This document shows, piece by piece, positions 15,901 to 32,200 of a stretch of DNA of 55,419 nt (positions are counted from its first letter, which is position 1; every line of letters begins with the position of its first letter). This DNA is from Intoshia linei (taxonomy: Eukaryota > Animalia > Orthonectida): assembly GCA_001642005.1 (NCBI GenBank), contig LWCA01000100.1, positions 1 to 55,419 of the forward strand, read 5' to 3'. The translations under genes were made by a program, and so were the position numbers. The notes below the pieces were generated by a model. That model was not told where the DNA came from. It did no database searches and worked only from the letters and a program-made list of their open reading frames with translations.

Positions 15901-18900
15901 ATTCATAAAAAAGTGTTTTTTACACCCTGAAAACATCATTTTGTGAGATTAATTTTTTTGTGTGTTAACTGAATAGAACTGTATCATCTGTATTTTTTTT
16001 TTTTAAATTAAAGGGCTGTTTTAATTTTAAAAAAAAGGGTACTCTGTAGTTTTGATCGTGATATTCCTCAAATGCTTAAAAAATGGGTTTTTGACCCTGA
16101 ATAACTCAAATTTGGAAATGAAACATACAAAATATAAGCATACATAATGTACAAAATGTAAATACATACACTTTTGCTATCATTTGGTTTTTTAAATTCT
16201 ACAATAAATTTTAAATTTAAATCCTGAATTGAATAGAAATTTAAATTAAAACAAAATGTAAAAAAATAAGAAATGTGTTATTTCAAATAACACAAAAGGT
16301 GTTTGAAACGCTGTATTAAATCGTGCAAAGTCTTAACGTTTTTCTTAAGTTTTAGATTAATGTATTAGACAAGACTCAATGGTTCGTATCACCGTCCGAA
16401 TACTGCCAACGTGACGCATTTATGGTCGTACCTCAAATACAAATAATTAAATTACGGTTTTGTCACATTTTGGTCCGGTGTGATACCATCCAACAATAAT
16501 TTCTTTGGCTAAGTAAATATATAAATATTTTGGCCAAATATCAAATTATTATTACGTAATATCCAACCTGGCGGACTTTGAAAATGAGTTAAAAGTTTCA
16601 ATTTAATTAATTACAGACGACAAAAAAATATATATGGAAACTAGGATTACAGATTTTTATTGTAATTTAATTATAAATAGCGATTGGCAAAATTGTTACC
16701 AGCAAAATTAAAAAATTATTATATTTTTGTAAAATACATTATTACAAAGTTGTTGGTATTTTATCCCAAAGCCTAGACTAGTGGTTCTCAACTTGTGTTC
16801 GGCGGAACCCACGAGTTCCGGGAAATATAAATGCGATATTTTTAAATTAAAAGTTTTTCTAAACTACTGTTGTACGCAATGAAACAACATCATTTATCAA
16901 ATTTAAATCAAATCAGTTTTAATAAAAGTATTATATACGTTGTGAGTATGGGAACCTATAAAATAATGTTAAAAAGTAATACAGATAATGTAAAATAAAA
17001 ATAAAATACATATAATAAAAAAGTAAATGTAAGAATTCAGATTATCTTTATAAGAAATATTGTAAAGAATGTGGGTTTTTATGGTTCAACTTTCTTGAAA
17101 TAATTTAAATAAGTTCTCTCACGAGCCTTGATGCTTCTTCGTAGTGTCAGGGAGGCAACTGGTTTTACCGGTTAAATTCCGTGTGTTATTAATTTTTTTA
17201 TATATGCGACATGCGAAAAAAAATTTTTGATCATGCTTTTAGGTGCCGCGATTTTTTGACATTTCATAAGGGTTCCGCGCAGTAAAAAAGGTTGAGAAAC
17301 ACTGGCCTAGACGATCGCTAAATTATTATTTTTAAAATCTCCACTTTTATCCCACCTTAAATAAAAGTTAATAAAAAATATCATTTCAAGCCTTTTATAT
17401 AAAAATCCTCTTCTGACCAGTTTACAAATAAAACCTGTAAGAAAAAACCACTTAATCCAACCCCAAAAATAAAATCAAATTTTACCAACCCATAAACCTT
17501 AAGTTAAGGTAACATCTCTTTTCCTACATTTTTTTCAAAACATTTTCAAAATTCTTTATTGGAAATGTGTATCCGTTTAATGCACATTTTTTTGACATTG
17601 TAAGATCAATATTTACATTTAAAATTTTTATTTTAATCGAAATATTTGAAAAATATTGGTTGATAATATATTAAAAATTATTTTTCATCGGGAATTCGTA
17701 AATTTCTCGGGTTGAAATTGAGTATTTATATGAACTCGAATAAGCTTTATTAGAATAATTTTTTTTTTTTTATTTTCGGACCGTTAATTATTTCACATTT
17801 TTTGTTTTACTTTTGTTAATAAAAATATTTCGGAAAAAAAATGAATACTAAAATGCTTTTTTCACCGTAAAATTGTCACTTATACGGATTGAAATTTTAT
17901 GTGTGTGTTAACAAGATACAACTGTACCACCTTTAAATTTTTTTAAATTCTAGGTGTGTTTTCATTAAAAAAAAAGGTAATTTGTAGTTTTGGCCCTGAA
18001 AATATATTTTGTTTAAATTTAAATTTATAATAATATTTATGATTTTAAATTCTCGAACTCGTTTGAATTTCAGAAAAAAGTACAATTGGGCTTTATGACC
18101 AGTAAAATGTAAGTTTTAGAGGTTAAAATTTATTTTGCTAACACCACTTCTTAAAAAAATTGGTAGGTTTCATTAGTTTGTTAAGAACGCACCAAAACAG
18201 CGAATAATTGTACCTATTTTAAAAGTAATAGTCAATCCATCCAGGAAGGTGAAAAAGATGGAGACTATTTAAAGATATCAGTGAATCTTTACATAAAAAA
18301 TTTTACTGTAAACTATTAAAAACGCTGCCATTCTGAGAACGAGACTCCTTTATATTTTTCTAAGTAATAAGTAATAAAATTTTCTAAGTTCAATAACTTC
18401 AAAAATATTAAAAATATCTAAATTTTTCATTAAACCATTTTAAATAATATTCTTTCATAATGCATTTAGTCTGAACCACTAGGTAGTGATTGTGATTTCC
18501 CGGGAAAAATAAAAAATTTTTATGCATGTATAATATACTAAATATGTAGAAGCATTAAAAATTTTAGAGACCTTAATTAATTTTAGAAACAAAAAGAAAT
18601 TTATTTATTTTAGATTGTTGAAAAAGTGTTTCAAAACACACATAATATTGATAGATTCGTTTTCGTGTTTTACGTTTTGTAACGAAATTAGAAACAGTAG
18701 AGAAATTTCTTTCATTTTGTGTTGATGTAGATTGAACGGTCATAACGGCCTCCTTTAATTTTAACAATCACGATTATAGCGTTTCAGTTTGTAACAACTC
18801 ATAGTATTTTTTAAAATAATATTGGAAAAATAGGATAATTCCCCTAAGCGTTAGTAATTTGTGGTTGGAATAAGAGTGTTTTAAAAAAAGTATCGAAAAA

Positions 18901-19815
18901 ACAATATTTTTCCATTGAAGGGCTGGAAAATTAGATTTTTTATTTGTGGTGTGATGAAGTGAATTTTTTTCATAAGATTTCGTAAAATCGGATTTTTGAA
19001 AAGAAAATATCGGTATAAGACAATTTTTCCAGGAGGGCTTGAAATGGTATTTTTGAAATGGTAAATTTTAAATATTATAATATAATCATATTTTCATAAT
19101 AATAACAAATATAAATCAAATACAGATAAGTCTCAATTTTTTTCGAAACATCCTGGGAATTTGGTCTCGGTTTTTTTCCCGGCTCAATCACTACCACTAG
19201 GACAGTTTTTTATTTTAATTATAAAAAATTAGTCAACTGTGTCAATAGTCAATAGTTTATGCAAATTTTAGCAACCATGAAAAACATATCGAGGCAGAAA
19301 ATGCCATCGATTTGTTTATTTATATAAATATTTGGGTTTTAATAATTCTGTGTTTTTTGTATTGAAATTGGGGAATTGGAAAATCAAAAATGGAAATAAC
19401 CCAAAACGAAAATAATAAAAAAATTATATTAAACATACCATTAATTTTTCGAGTCATAGAATACATTCTTTCCAAATAGACATGATCAAAAAACCAAACA
19501 CTTGCATCACTATCATCTTCATCAAAAGGGACTAAAGTTTTGATATAAAATAAAATTATTAAAAAAACCTGCAAAACTATTGGAAACATCCAAAACTCCA
19601 TTTCTAATCGTTCCCAAAAGAATACCTGCAACACGACAAATGGTACTATTTGTCGTAATTCTGCTGAAATGATCAACAACACTAAGTAAAACTAAAGGAT
19701 GGACAATAACTCTTTTAATACGTGATTTTAATTCACGCTTATTCACAATTTCAGATTTTAAAATTTCTTGAATTTTTATATCAATTATTGACTCTGTACT
19801 ATTTTGCTTAGTCAT
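12932..19815 (-). CDS. PSMD7: 26S proteasome non-ATPase regulatory subunit 7 (Rpn8/Mov34), about 351 aa, 7 exons (19569-19815, 19439-19531, 16456-16508, 14337-14381, 14220-14300, 13542-13633, 12932-13376)
   Basis: [67 protein letters not shown]...LNNLIDN. Confidence 0.96.
15027..16200 (-). mobile_element. Non-autonomous Helitron copy in PSMD7 intron 3
   Basis: 3' terminus with hairpin 15036-15059 (CTGTTTTGTAC-TTC-GTACAAACAG) five nt from CTAG|T; internal tandem subrepeats of the family. Far end approximate. Confidence 0.7.
16779..17304. mobile_element. hAT (Charlie/Buster-type) MITE
   Basis: TIRs TAGTGGTTCTCAACTT / AGGTTGAGAAACACTG; perfect 8-bp TSD GCCTAGAC (16771-16778, 17305-17312). Confidence 0.9.
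17560..18150 (-). repeat. Internal fragment of the Helitron family
   Basis: Reverse-complement homology to 52060-52420 and 52840-52990. Confidence 0.6.
18484..19193 (-). mobile_element. Internally deleted hAT transposon retaining a C-terminal dimerisation-domain fragment
   Basis: TIRs TAGTGATTG / CAATCACTA; perfect TSD CCACTAGG (18476-18483, 19194-19201); ORF 18573-18767 with [10 protein letters not shown] motif. Related ends at 1-71 and 37349-37480. Confidence 0.88.
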
Positions 19816-20383
19816 TTTTAACTTTTAATAAAAAATTGAAAATCTACTAATGAATAATAAAAGTAATATGAATACAAGTTTTTTGATAAAAATTAAACTT
19901 AAACTTCAACTAAACAAGATCCAAAATTAATATTTTATCGACTAATTTTTAGGTAAAATCTGACTTCGATTTTACATATTTTTGATAATGTATACAGTTA
20001 ACGCGCTGCACTGTTTATTATTTTCACGTCACTATCTGTAACTTAATTACGAATTTAGCATTTTTTAATTTTTCTTCTTTTGAAGGTCTGTTAATTTTTA
20101 AATTAGTTTAGTAAGGTTATTAAACATTTATTATCTAACATTTTTTATACTATTTTTTCAAAAATGTAATTTCATGAACTTGAACATTCAGAACTTGTGT
20201 GACTTGAAATCTTTTCATAAAAAAATACAATTGAATTTCAATTCACCACATCAACAATCGTAGCGCATCATTTGTTACACTGTGTAAATTACACGTGTTA
20301 TATTGTCCTCAGATTGAGATGAATTTAGTCACATTTTAAGTAAATTATTTCAATGAGTTAATTTTACTATAGTTATAAATAAT

Positions 20384-20392
20384 GGCGCGAAA
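20384..20392 (-). promoter_or_regulatory. Canonical E2F site TTTCGCGCC in the PSMD7/Aurora bidirectional promoter
   Basis: Exact consensus match in very GC-poor DNA, about 127 bp upstream of the Aurora ATG. Confidence 0.5.
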
Positions 20393-20518
20393 TATAATTT
20401 TATTGAACAGTAAGTATTTATCTAAGATTTAAAAAATGCTAAATTTAGTCTAATTTTTTTTAATTTCTCATATAATTGAAATCAAAAACATAACCTGTAA
20501 ATAACCAGTTTACTAATA

Positions 20519-24107
<3,589 letters not shown>

Positions 24108-24172
24108 ATTTTTAAATAAGTATCCATAAAAATTTATTACATTGTTATGATACAATCGTGTTATATTTGGTG

Positions 24173-27100
24173 CTAATGATTTCGTTTGTTTCCGTATTGT
24201 TTCTTTTTATCATCTAAATTTTACATGATCAGATGACAAGATTTAATTTGAGTAATCTACACATGAAATGACGTGAATATTAACGACTACTAGGTCCAAT
24301 TAGAGTTAAAAATACTTTCTATAGCCTCTTTTTCCAATTCATCCCAACCTTTACTAGATTCCGAATTATCTTCCATTGATGAATCACCTATACAAATAAT
24401 CAAAAGACACATAAAAAATGATTACTATTTTCATCTTCTTCACTGTAATCATTAGACTCTTCAGACACTGTTTCACATTCAGTATCTGAATCGGTGGGTT
24501 GGAAATTTTCGTCTTCACCTTCTACATCTTCAGATTCTTCGACCTATAAGATATGAAAATATAAATAAATTAAGGTACATCAGATTCTGGACACAAAAAG
24601 TTCCATCCCCCATTATCGAAAAACGGATCAATATCGTCAACAATAGTTTTCATAACTTTGGGCCAATTGAGACTTTGAACTCCTTCGGTAAAATGAATTT
24701 CAAGTTCATGGAGCCACTGTTTTAAATTTTGAAGAGATTCGGTTGGAACTGCATTAACAATGAATACAGGTTTAGAGTAATCTTTAAAGACAAAAACAAT
24801 GTCAAAATTTTTAATGGAAAAGGAAACTCGTTCGAAATGAACCAATTCAATTTCATCAATAGACACAACGGTTGGAGGCCAATCAGAAAGTTGAACAAGA
24901 CAATTTGTAGAAGGCATTAGAAAGCTGGTAGTTTTTATGGGTACACCAAAGAACCCTAAATCTCTAATGGGTATTTCAAAAGAAACCTTTCCTGAAGAAA
25001 TTGATTCTACTCGGAGACAAAAGTTTTTAAAAATTTCTTTAAGTTTTTTTCGGAGTTTACGCTCTGCTTGTTCAGTTCTCAATTCGTCTTCATCATACCC
25101 ACCATTTCTTCGTCTACCTAGATCTGTACTGACTTCTCCTACTTCCATGTAAAATTGTACATTAGAAAGTTTCTTTTTTAAAACTAATATGGGGTCTTTA
25201 AGAACGAAATGTAGTAATATAATCAATTCACTGTCGCAGGGTTGGAAGAATGAATGCTTAATGTTATTAAACAGAATATCTATCGTATCGCCGCGAATAG
25301 AACGATACTGAAACCCATTAACGTGGCAAGTTAACACGCCGTTAATTCGTTTTGGCAAGAGATTTGAAGGTCTGACATAGAGTCCAGAAATTTTGGTGGA
25401 TGTTTTAGTGGAATTTAGAATCAATTTATCCTGTTTAATGATGCCCTTCATTTGTTTGGCATCCAATTCACGTTGTTTAGCGTTTTTTTGAGTCTCTTTA
25501 ATCATACGACAAACAGTTTGTAAGTTTGAAGCCGCTGAAGACAATTCTCCAGGTTCACGTTTATTACTCCCCCGGAAAGTCAATTCTTTTATGAAATCAA
25601 CATTTTCATCATTCAAGGAAATCATTGCAAAATTAATTCTCAAAAAGGTATAATTTCCTTCAACAGACTGTGTTACATTTTTAATATAATCTATATGAAC
25701 CACAGTAACAGAGCCAAAAATGGGTAAAAGCAATGTTTGTGCCTTGGCGTCTAAAAATAATCGACTACTTTTTATTTCATCAGAATCTGGAAGAAGATAT
25801 ATATTTTTATACGACACTTGCATTTTTTTAGGAAGTTCTGGAACAACATCGCCTTTACAATGTTTATACCGCAGTCTAGCTGCTTCGTTCAATCTTCTCA
25901 AAAATTCTTTTTGATTTACTCCTCTATCTTCTTCGCCAGTCTGTTCTTTTCTCGTCCTATTATCTAAAATTGTATTCCTTTTACCACGACCAAAATTGTC
26001 CAAATTATTTTGGAAATCTTCCTCTTCAGATTCCATATCTTTGTCTTTAATTATTATCGAAACATTTTTAATTTTTTTCTTCATATTTGTCAATAATTCG
26101 CATTGATCTTCGTTTACAATTACCGTGTCGGCAACAAACAAGGAATACTGATCACCAGTTTCAGAATTATTGATATTTAAAAGACCTACAGAGACATTGA
26201 AAATCATATTCTTTTTGACAACTTTACTGCACTTTGCAGAAATTGCGATTAAATTATCTCTGAATTCTATGCCTATAGAATTTCCAAAGGAAGGAGTTAA
26301 TTTATTGGACAAATCTGGTCTATTATCATTAGCATACTTCATAGCTTCTTTATGAATATCAGACAACATTTTCCCCGGTCTTATCTTTTCCATTAAAAAT
26401 TCCTGCAAATTAACCAAAAATTCATAATCTTGTACCATCTTATCATTAGGTGAAACCATTAACGTTCTAACCATATTGGAGCAATAATTTCTAAATCTTA
26501 ATCCAATAAAACAAATTATAACATCAAATGAAATGTTTGTATCTTTACTTTCCGAACTGTATTTCAGAGAATATTCACCACCGCTTTGTATTATTGGTGA
26601 ATAACATACTTCTAAAAGGTTCACATCTAAATCACCTACATATTTTGTCGTTTTTATTGCATTTTCAGTCTTTTCAGATAATTTTGAATGAAAAACCTTG
26701 CGTTCGTCGTCAATTATGTTTATTATATTTTCTTTTACGTATTTTGAATATAGTTTTGTTGTCGCTCCAGCAGCTTTTCTTACAAGGTCAAATTCTGCGT
26801 TATCTTTAATTGAAAATATTTGAGAAAATAACGGAGTTGCATTGACCTGTCAAAACAAATAATTAAAATAATGGATATAATTTGAGTTGATTTGCTCACC
26901 ATTCAGTCATTTTAGGTAATTTAGAGTGACCATATTAGTACCAATTTACAAAAAAGGGATTTAAAGTAATTATAAAAAATATCATAATGTACTAGCTTGT
27001 TACATACTTTGTGCAAAGAGTAGTAAACAATAGCTAGTTCTGACAAGGTATTAATGTAACTTTTCGAAGATAATAAATGACCCTAATATAAATAATATAC

Positions 27101-29615
27101 TTCTACAATAACCGAGGCCAAGTTGAGTCTACTATGGTGGTCACTCAGTAATAGATAAAAATCTCACCAATTGACAATTTTTGCTTTTAATAAAATTCCA
27201 AAAAGATTCTAAAAATGTAGATTCGTATTTTTCTTTGAGAAATGATCCAATTATGGGATCTTTGTGATCTACAACCTTATCCTTTTCAATTGCATCCAAA
27301 ATTATTTCAAAGTTTAACCCTTCGTTTGTCTAAATTTCATTAACCATTAATTATATTAAACCATATAGACTAGGAGTTTTTAAGGGGCAGTATCGCCTCC
27401 TGGAGTGTTTTAAGATTTTAGGGGCGGTTAAAATTTCATAATTTTAATTCAATAGACATGCAGTATTATAATTTTATTCATTTCGATATAAATGGAAAGA
27501 TATATTTTGGATTGTTTTTGTTATTACACTATCAAATTGATCTATTTCGAAATAATATTCTAAAAAGGTAATTTTATCAATTTTCATGTCTTCGTATTAA
27601 AAAAACAATCTTGACGATTTAAAATGATACCGAGAACATTTCAGTATATTAAATAATACATAAATTGTTCGTTGTAAAGATATAGATTTGGAAAAATAAA
27701 AAATGGATAATCAATAGTGGTAGATTATCTGGTACCAGAAAACTTTTTTAATGAATAAAAATTACTAATTTATTAAATGTGAACCGAATGCTATTTTTGA
27801 AAACAATTTCGGAAAGGGATTTTTCCGTTACCTTAAGATTTAAGGGTTGGTATAATTGGATTTTTTATTTTTGTAAAACCGTGAAAACTAAATTTTTACA
27901 GATCTTGAAATGGATTTTTAATTAAATTTTATTAATAATGGGATAAAAGCTAGATTCTTGAAATAATAATGTAGCGGAGTCTAGGCTTTGGATAAAATCC
28001 CAACATCTGGCAACTCTACAATAATGGAAGAATTTCCAAGAAGACTGGACCTAATTGATTTAGGATTATTTAATAAACAAAATTAATTTCTTTTTTTTTG
28101 TGCTGATCATTTTTTTTATTTTTGCGAAAAAATACAAATTTGGAAACTATTCTATAACAACCTTTAAATGAAATTAAACGAGACACATTTCTAAAAATCG
28201 CAATTTAAAATCAAACTAGACTCCTTGATGTTAAAAGAAACGCCCCTAAAATTTTTTTACCTTCAGCGAAGTTAAATATTTAGCTCGCTTCGCTCGCACC
28301 CCATTAACTAGTCTCTTGGATACGCCCTGATAGCTAGGGTGTCACTTTTTTTCCAAAAATTTGAGGATTAAAGGATCTGTTAATTTATGTTGTATTAAGA
28401 ATAGTTCAAAATAACTATTGATGTGGGGTTATCATTTTAAATAGTTTATATAAATAAATAAATGTATATGATAAATTTAAAATGAACAACCCCACTCAAA
28501 TCGGCATTTTTGCAACACCCCATTCTATATTATGTTATATTACACGAAAATACACTAGATGCGAACTAATCACCCTTGATTCTTGAATACGTCTGACACC
28601 CTAATGCTGGCAACACGTTTGTGCCAATCAATCAATTTGTTACTGATATAACTCAAATTGCAGATCAAATCAACAAGAATTAGTAGAATTAAAACATGAT
28701 GCAACATTTTTTGGATTTTTCAAAGTGGTTTTTCAGGTGGAATAAATGTTAAATGGCAAATGTATATCCAAAATGTGAAAATAAGATACTTGTGGGGTAC
28801 CAGCTCATCTGATACTATGACTCATAAATTATAGATATTTTTTAAATTTCAAAAATAATAGAAAATAAAAATTAATTTGTATTAATGTACTTAGTTGCTT
28901 ATGTAATTAAGTCTATTTGATAGTCTCTGGGATTTTAAGGTTGCATATTATAATATATGTACGTCCCTATTTCGTCACTTCAATCATTAACGATTTTTAA
29001 GATATCCATTTTTGGTTAAGTAGAGTTTTAACAATTTTTTTTAATTGATAGTGTCATAGTTACACCACATATAAAGTATGATGTACCAAATTATTTTTTG
29101 TAGTTTAAAGTACTAACTAAGAAGTATGTTGGAAACCGCTAATATAATCTTATCACAAACACAAAATGATAAATAAACAAAAAAAATTACTTTATCACGA
29201 ACTAAAAATACACATTTATCATCATTTTTTAAAGTGTTTTGAATAAATGAAACTTTTTTTTTGCTGGCAAGAAAGTAGATTTTTTCTTTTAAACACGCAA
29301 TAATGGTATCATTCAATGTATCTACTCCAATCAGCCAAGTCTATGAATTTAATAAATAATGAATTAAATTTACTTTTTATTAATATAAATTATAACTGTA
29401 ATTTAAATTCTTACTTGTAATGACAGACTTTTTGAATAAATTGTGCCTTCATTACCAAATCCAGAAATTACTGCATCAAAATTTTCAACCTAAAGATTTA
29501 TTTTTATGTCAACATGTTTTAAAAATAAATTTTTAAATTTTTATTTATTCACCTTTTTTAGAGTTGTAAATAATTTATTTATTCGAGATTTTGTTATTTT
29601 TGGTTCAAATTTCAT
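24173..29615 (-). CDS. SUPT16H: FACT complex subunit SPT16, about 982 aa, 8 exons (29553-29615, 29415-29489, 29191-29340, 27168-27329, 24579-26846, 24426-24543, 24316-24387, 24173-24213)
   Basis: YSKSLSLQTWL, FLASKKKV, CYSPIIQSGG, YCSNMVRTLMV, IKHSFFQPCD, VHFERV, LNWPKVMKTI, FFDNGGWNFL and an acidic tail with GWDELEKEA. Confidence 0.97.
28790..29140. mobile_element. hAT MITE family (copies at about 30809-31140 and 53753-54161)
   Basis: About 300 bp of shared internal sequence; terminal TTGGAAACCGCTA. Confidence 0.6.
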
Positions 29616-30177
29616 GTTGCGATTGCGCAAATTTAATCAGATAAATATGAGCTAAAGTTTATTTATTTTGTATCCCATATTATTTATCAAAATTTTACAA
29701 CTACACATTGATTTGTAACTGTATTGATTAATAACTTTTGACAGTAATACCCTTTCGTCAGTATCCACCTCAGAATACATCAGTTGATCATAGTAACGGT
29801 TGAATGGTGTTGTAATGTTGTCACATTTTAAACTTTATTGATTTGTAATATCGTCCAGAAATGATATTAAAGAAATATAAGATTTATATTGTAAATATCT
29901 TAGTATCTAAAACATTACAGGTGTTGATAATAATTTCTGTAATTTATTTTTTTATATTTGAACTGAGAGATAACAATGATTAAAATTTTATAATTACAAT
30001 TATGTACTTTGGAATTATGATTATTTAAAATTACTATCTTCAAGTGAAGTATTAATGTATAGAGTTGTGGTTCCCCATACATTTATTGTCGATTCGCTTA
30101 AACGTAGTAAAACAGACCACGTTATTTTTTCCACATTTGGCTTGGCAAGCAAAGTGAGTCTGTCACTCTGTCTAAAC

Positions 30178-30481
30178 TAGTGCTTCTAACTTTTTTTATA
30201 CATTACCCATATTAGAATAATTATTTCGATATTACCGACAATATTTTTTAACTTCACAATCACTCACATCAAAATGGTGATGTTTTTAGAATAAGAGCGA
30301 TATAAATTTAATAATTTGAATAATATTTTTTAAAAACTAATTTTAGAAAATAGTAAATTAAAATGATTTTTTAATCTTATTTCAAAAAAGGGTCAATTCG
30401 GCAAATTTCGCAAATAACCTTAAAAATTATCAAATACCCACTAGTGACTGGTGAGTAAATCACACAGGTTGAGTATCACAT
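30178..30481. mobile_element. hAT MITE
   Basis: Degenerate TIRs TAGTGCTTCTAAC / GTTGAGTATCACA; perfect TSD GTCTAAAC (30170-30177, 30482-30489). Confidence 0.75.
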
Positions 30482-31379
30482 GTCTAAACTCTTATAAAAA
30501 TATTTAATTACATTTAAATGAAGTCTTATTATCCATATTATGGATTCCATACCCAATTGGCTCGATTCATTTCACAAATTTTGATCATCTTTCAAATGAT
30601 GAAGAAGTCTATTCGTAGTTATTCAAATGTGTCAATGAGATACGTTATTATCGTTCGACAAAATTTATTTACCAAATCAGCCACCTTCGATTATCGTGGC
30701 GTGTTAATAAAATTGGGGCGTACACTTAAATCCAACCATTTTATTTAAATTAAATCATTCTTACTAAAATCCAACCATTAAAAAGAAAACATCCAATTTT
30801 CCATAAAGTAGCGGTTCCGAAGTGGGATCATGGGATCCTTAAGTGCTAACAGAAATTATTTTGGGGTACCAGCTCGTCTGATACTATAGCATATAAATTA
30901 TAGATAGTTTTTAAATTCCCAGAAAAATTGAAAACAAAAATTAATTTGTAATAATATTCATAGTTCCTAATGTATTTACGTCTATTTGATACTTTCTGTG
31001 ATTTTAAGGTTGCATATTAAATATATGTATTTTCTTATTTCGCCAGATTAATCATTAACGATTTTTCAGGTTTCCATTTTTGATTCAGTAGAGTTTTAAC
31101 AATTTTTTATTATTAATATGTTGTCACAGATACACTATATTTAGGGTTAGTAAAACTATATTTTTCTTGATAGGGTTGGTAAAATTAGGATTTACATTTT
31201 AAAGTGGGTAAAACTGAAATTTTCCCTTAAGTTTGGTACATTATGATTTTTAGCAAAAATGGTTGATTGTACTAAAACGCGTTAGATTTATTTTTTAAGT
31301 TGGTAAAATTGAATTTTTCATTTTAGAGTTAGTAAATTTTGATTATTAGTAAAAATGGTTGTATTTAAGAATATTCTCA

Positions 31380-32200
31380 TAAAATAGTTACCAAATAAAA
31401 AAACTAAAGTACAAAGGCAGTGAAGACGTCACTTTGTCAGATGGACATTTTTTGAGTGTGTTAAATGGATATAACCGTATTTACTGTTTGTTTTTTAAAA
31501 TTCTAATACTATTTTTAATTTTTTAAAAAAGGGTAATCTGAGGTTTCGATTTTAAAAATGTAATTTTTTGAGTTTGCGATTTATGATTATGTTTATGATT
31601 TTAAAAACCATCCCACAATTTAGGTTGTATAAAATTCTACGACTTTTTTAATTTAAAAACAACAAAGGTAATTTGAAGTTTTTGCCGTGAAGATACATGT
31701 AAAGTAGAAGAAGTATGTGAAATTTATCATAATGTTAATGATTTTAAAATTTTTAACATATTATATATTATCGTATTTTTTATAATTCTAGGGTTCGTTT
31801 GATTTCAAAAACAGATAATTAGTTGTTTTGACCTTAAAAGACTCAATTACTTAAAATTAAATTTACAATAAAATTTACATTTTCAAGTTTACATTTTTAA
31901 CTAAATAATTTCATATATATGTATAATAAGATTTATGTTTATAATAAATAAAAATTCTTAAAAAACCGCCTTCAGCAGAGCTAGGTACTGTTTGTACAAA
32001 GTACATAACAGTCAAGCTATTAAAATATAAAATTCATAGACAGAAAGATAGACCTGTGCAGCACGCAGGTTTATAGTCCAGATATTAAAATTTGAAAGAA
32101 TAACGTAGAAATTGGGTAATTTGTAGTTTTTATCATAAAAGTGAAAGTTTCTGAGGTTAAAATTTGCGATAATGTTAATCATTTTAAAAATTGTCTCAGA
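31380..32200. repeat. Cluster of Helitron-family fragments, including 3'-terminal hairpins at about 31988-32011 and 32052-32070
   Basis: Homology to 42590-42910; hairpins CTGTTTGTAC/GTACATAACAG and ACCTGTGC/GCAGGT. Confidence 0.55.

Noticed and set aside
24729-26809. Several plus-strand ORFs within SPT16
   Set aside because: Antisense shadows of the large SPT16 exon.
28335-28603. 10-bp inverted repeat TAGGGTGTCA / TGACACCCTA
   Set aside because: Plausible MITE, but no TSD and no second copy in the window.
29652-29910. Open minus-strand frames just upstream of SPT16 suggesting a terminal exon or operon partner
   Set aside because: No upstream exons or recognisable motif could be linked.
30518-30748. 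76-aa plus-strand ORF in slightly GC-richer sequence
   Set aside because: No motif and no splice-consistent neighbours; lies between MITEs.
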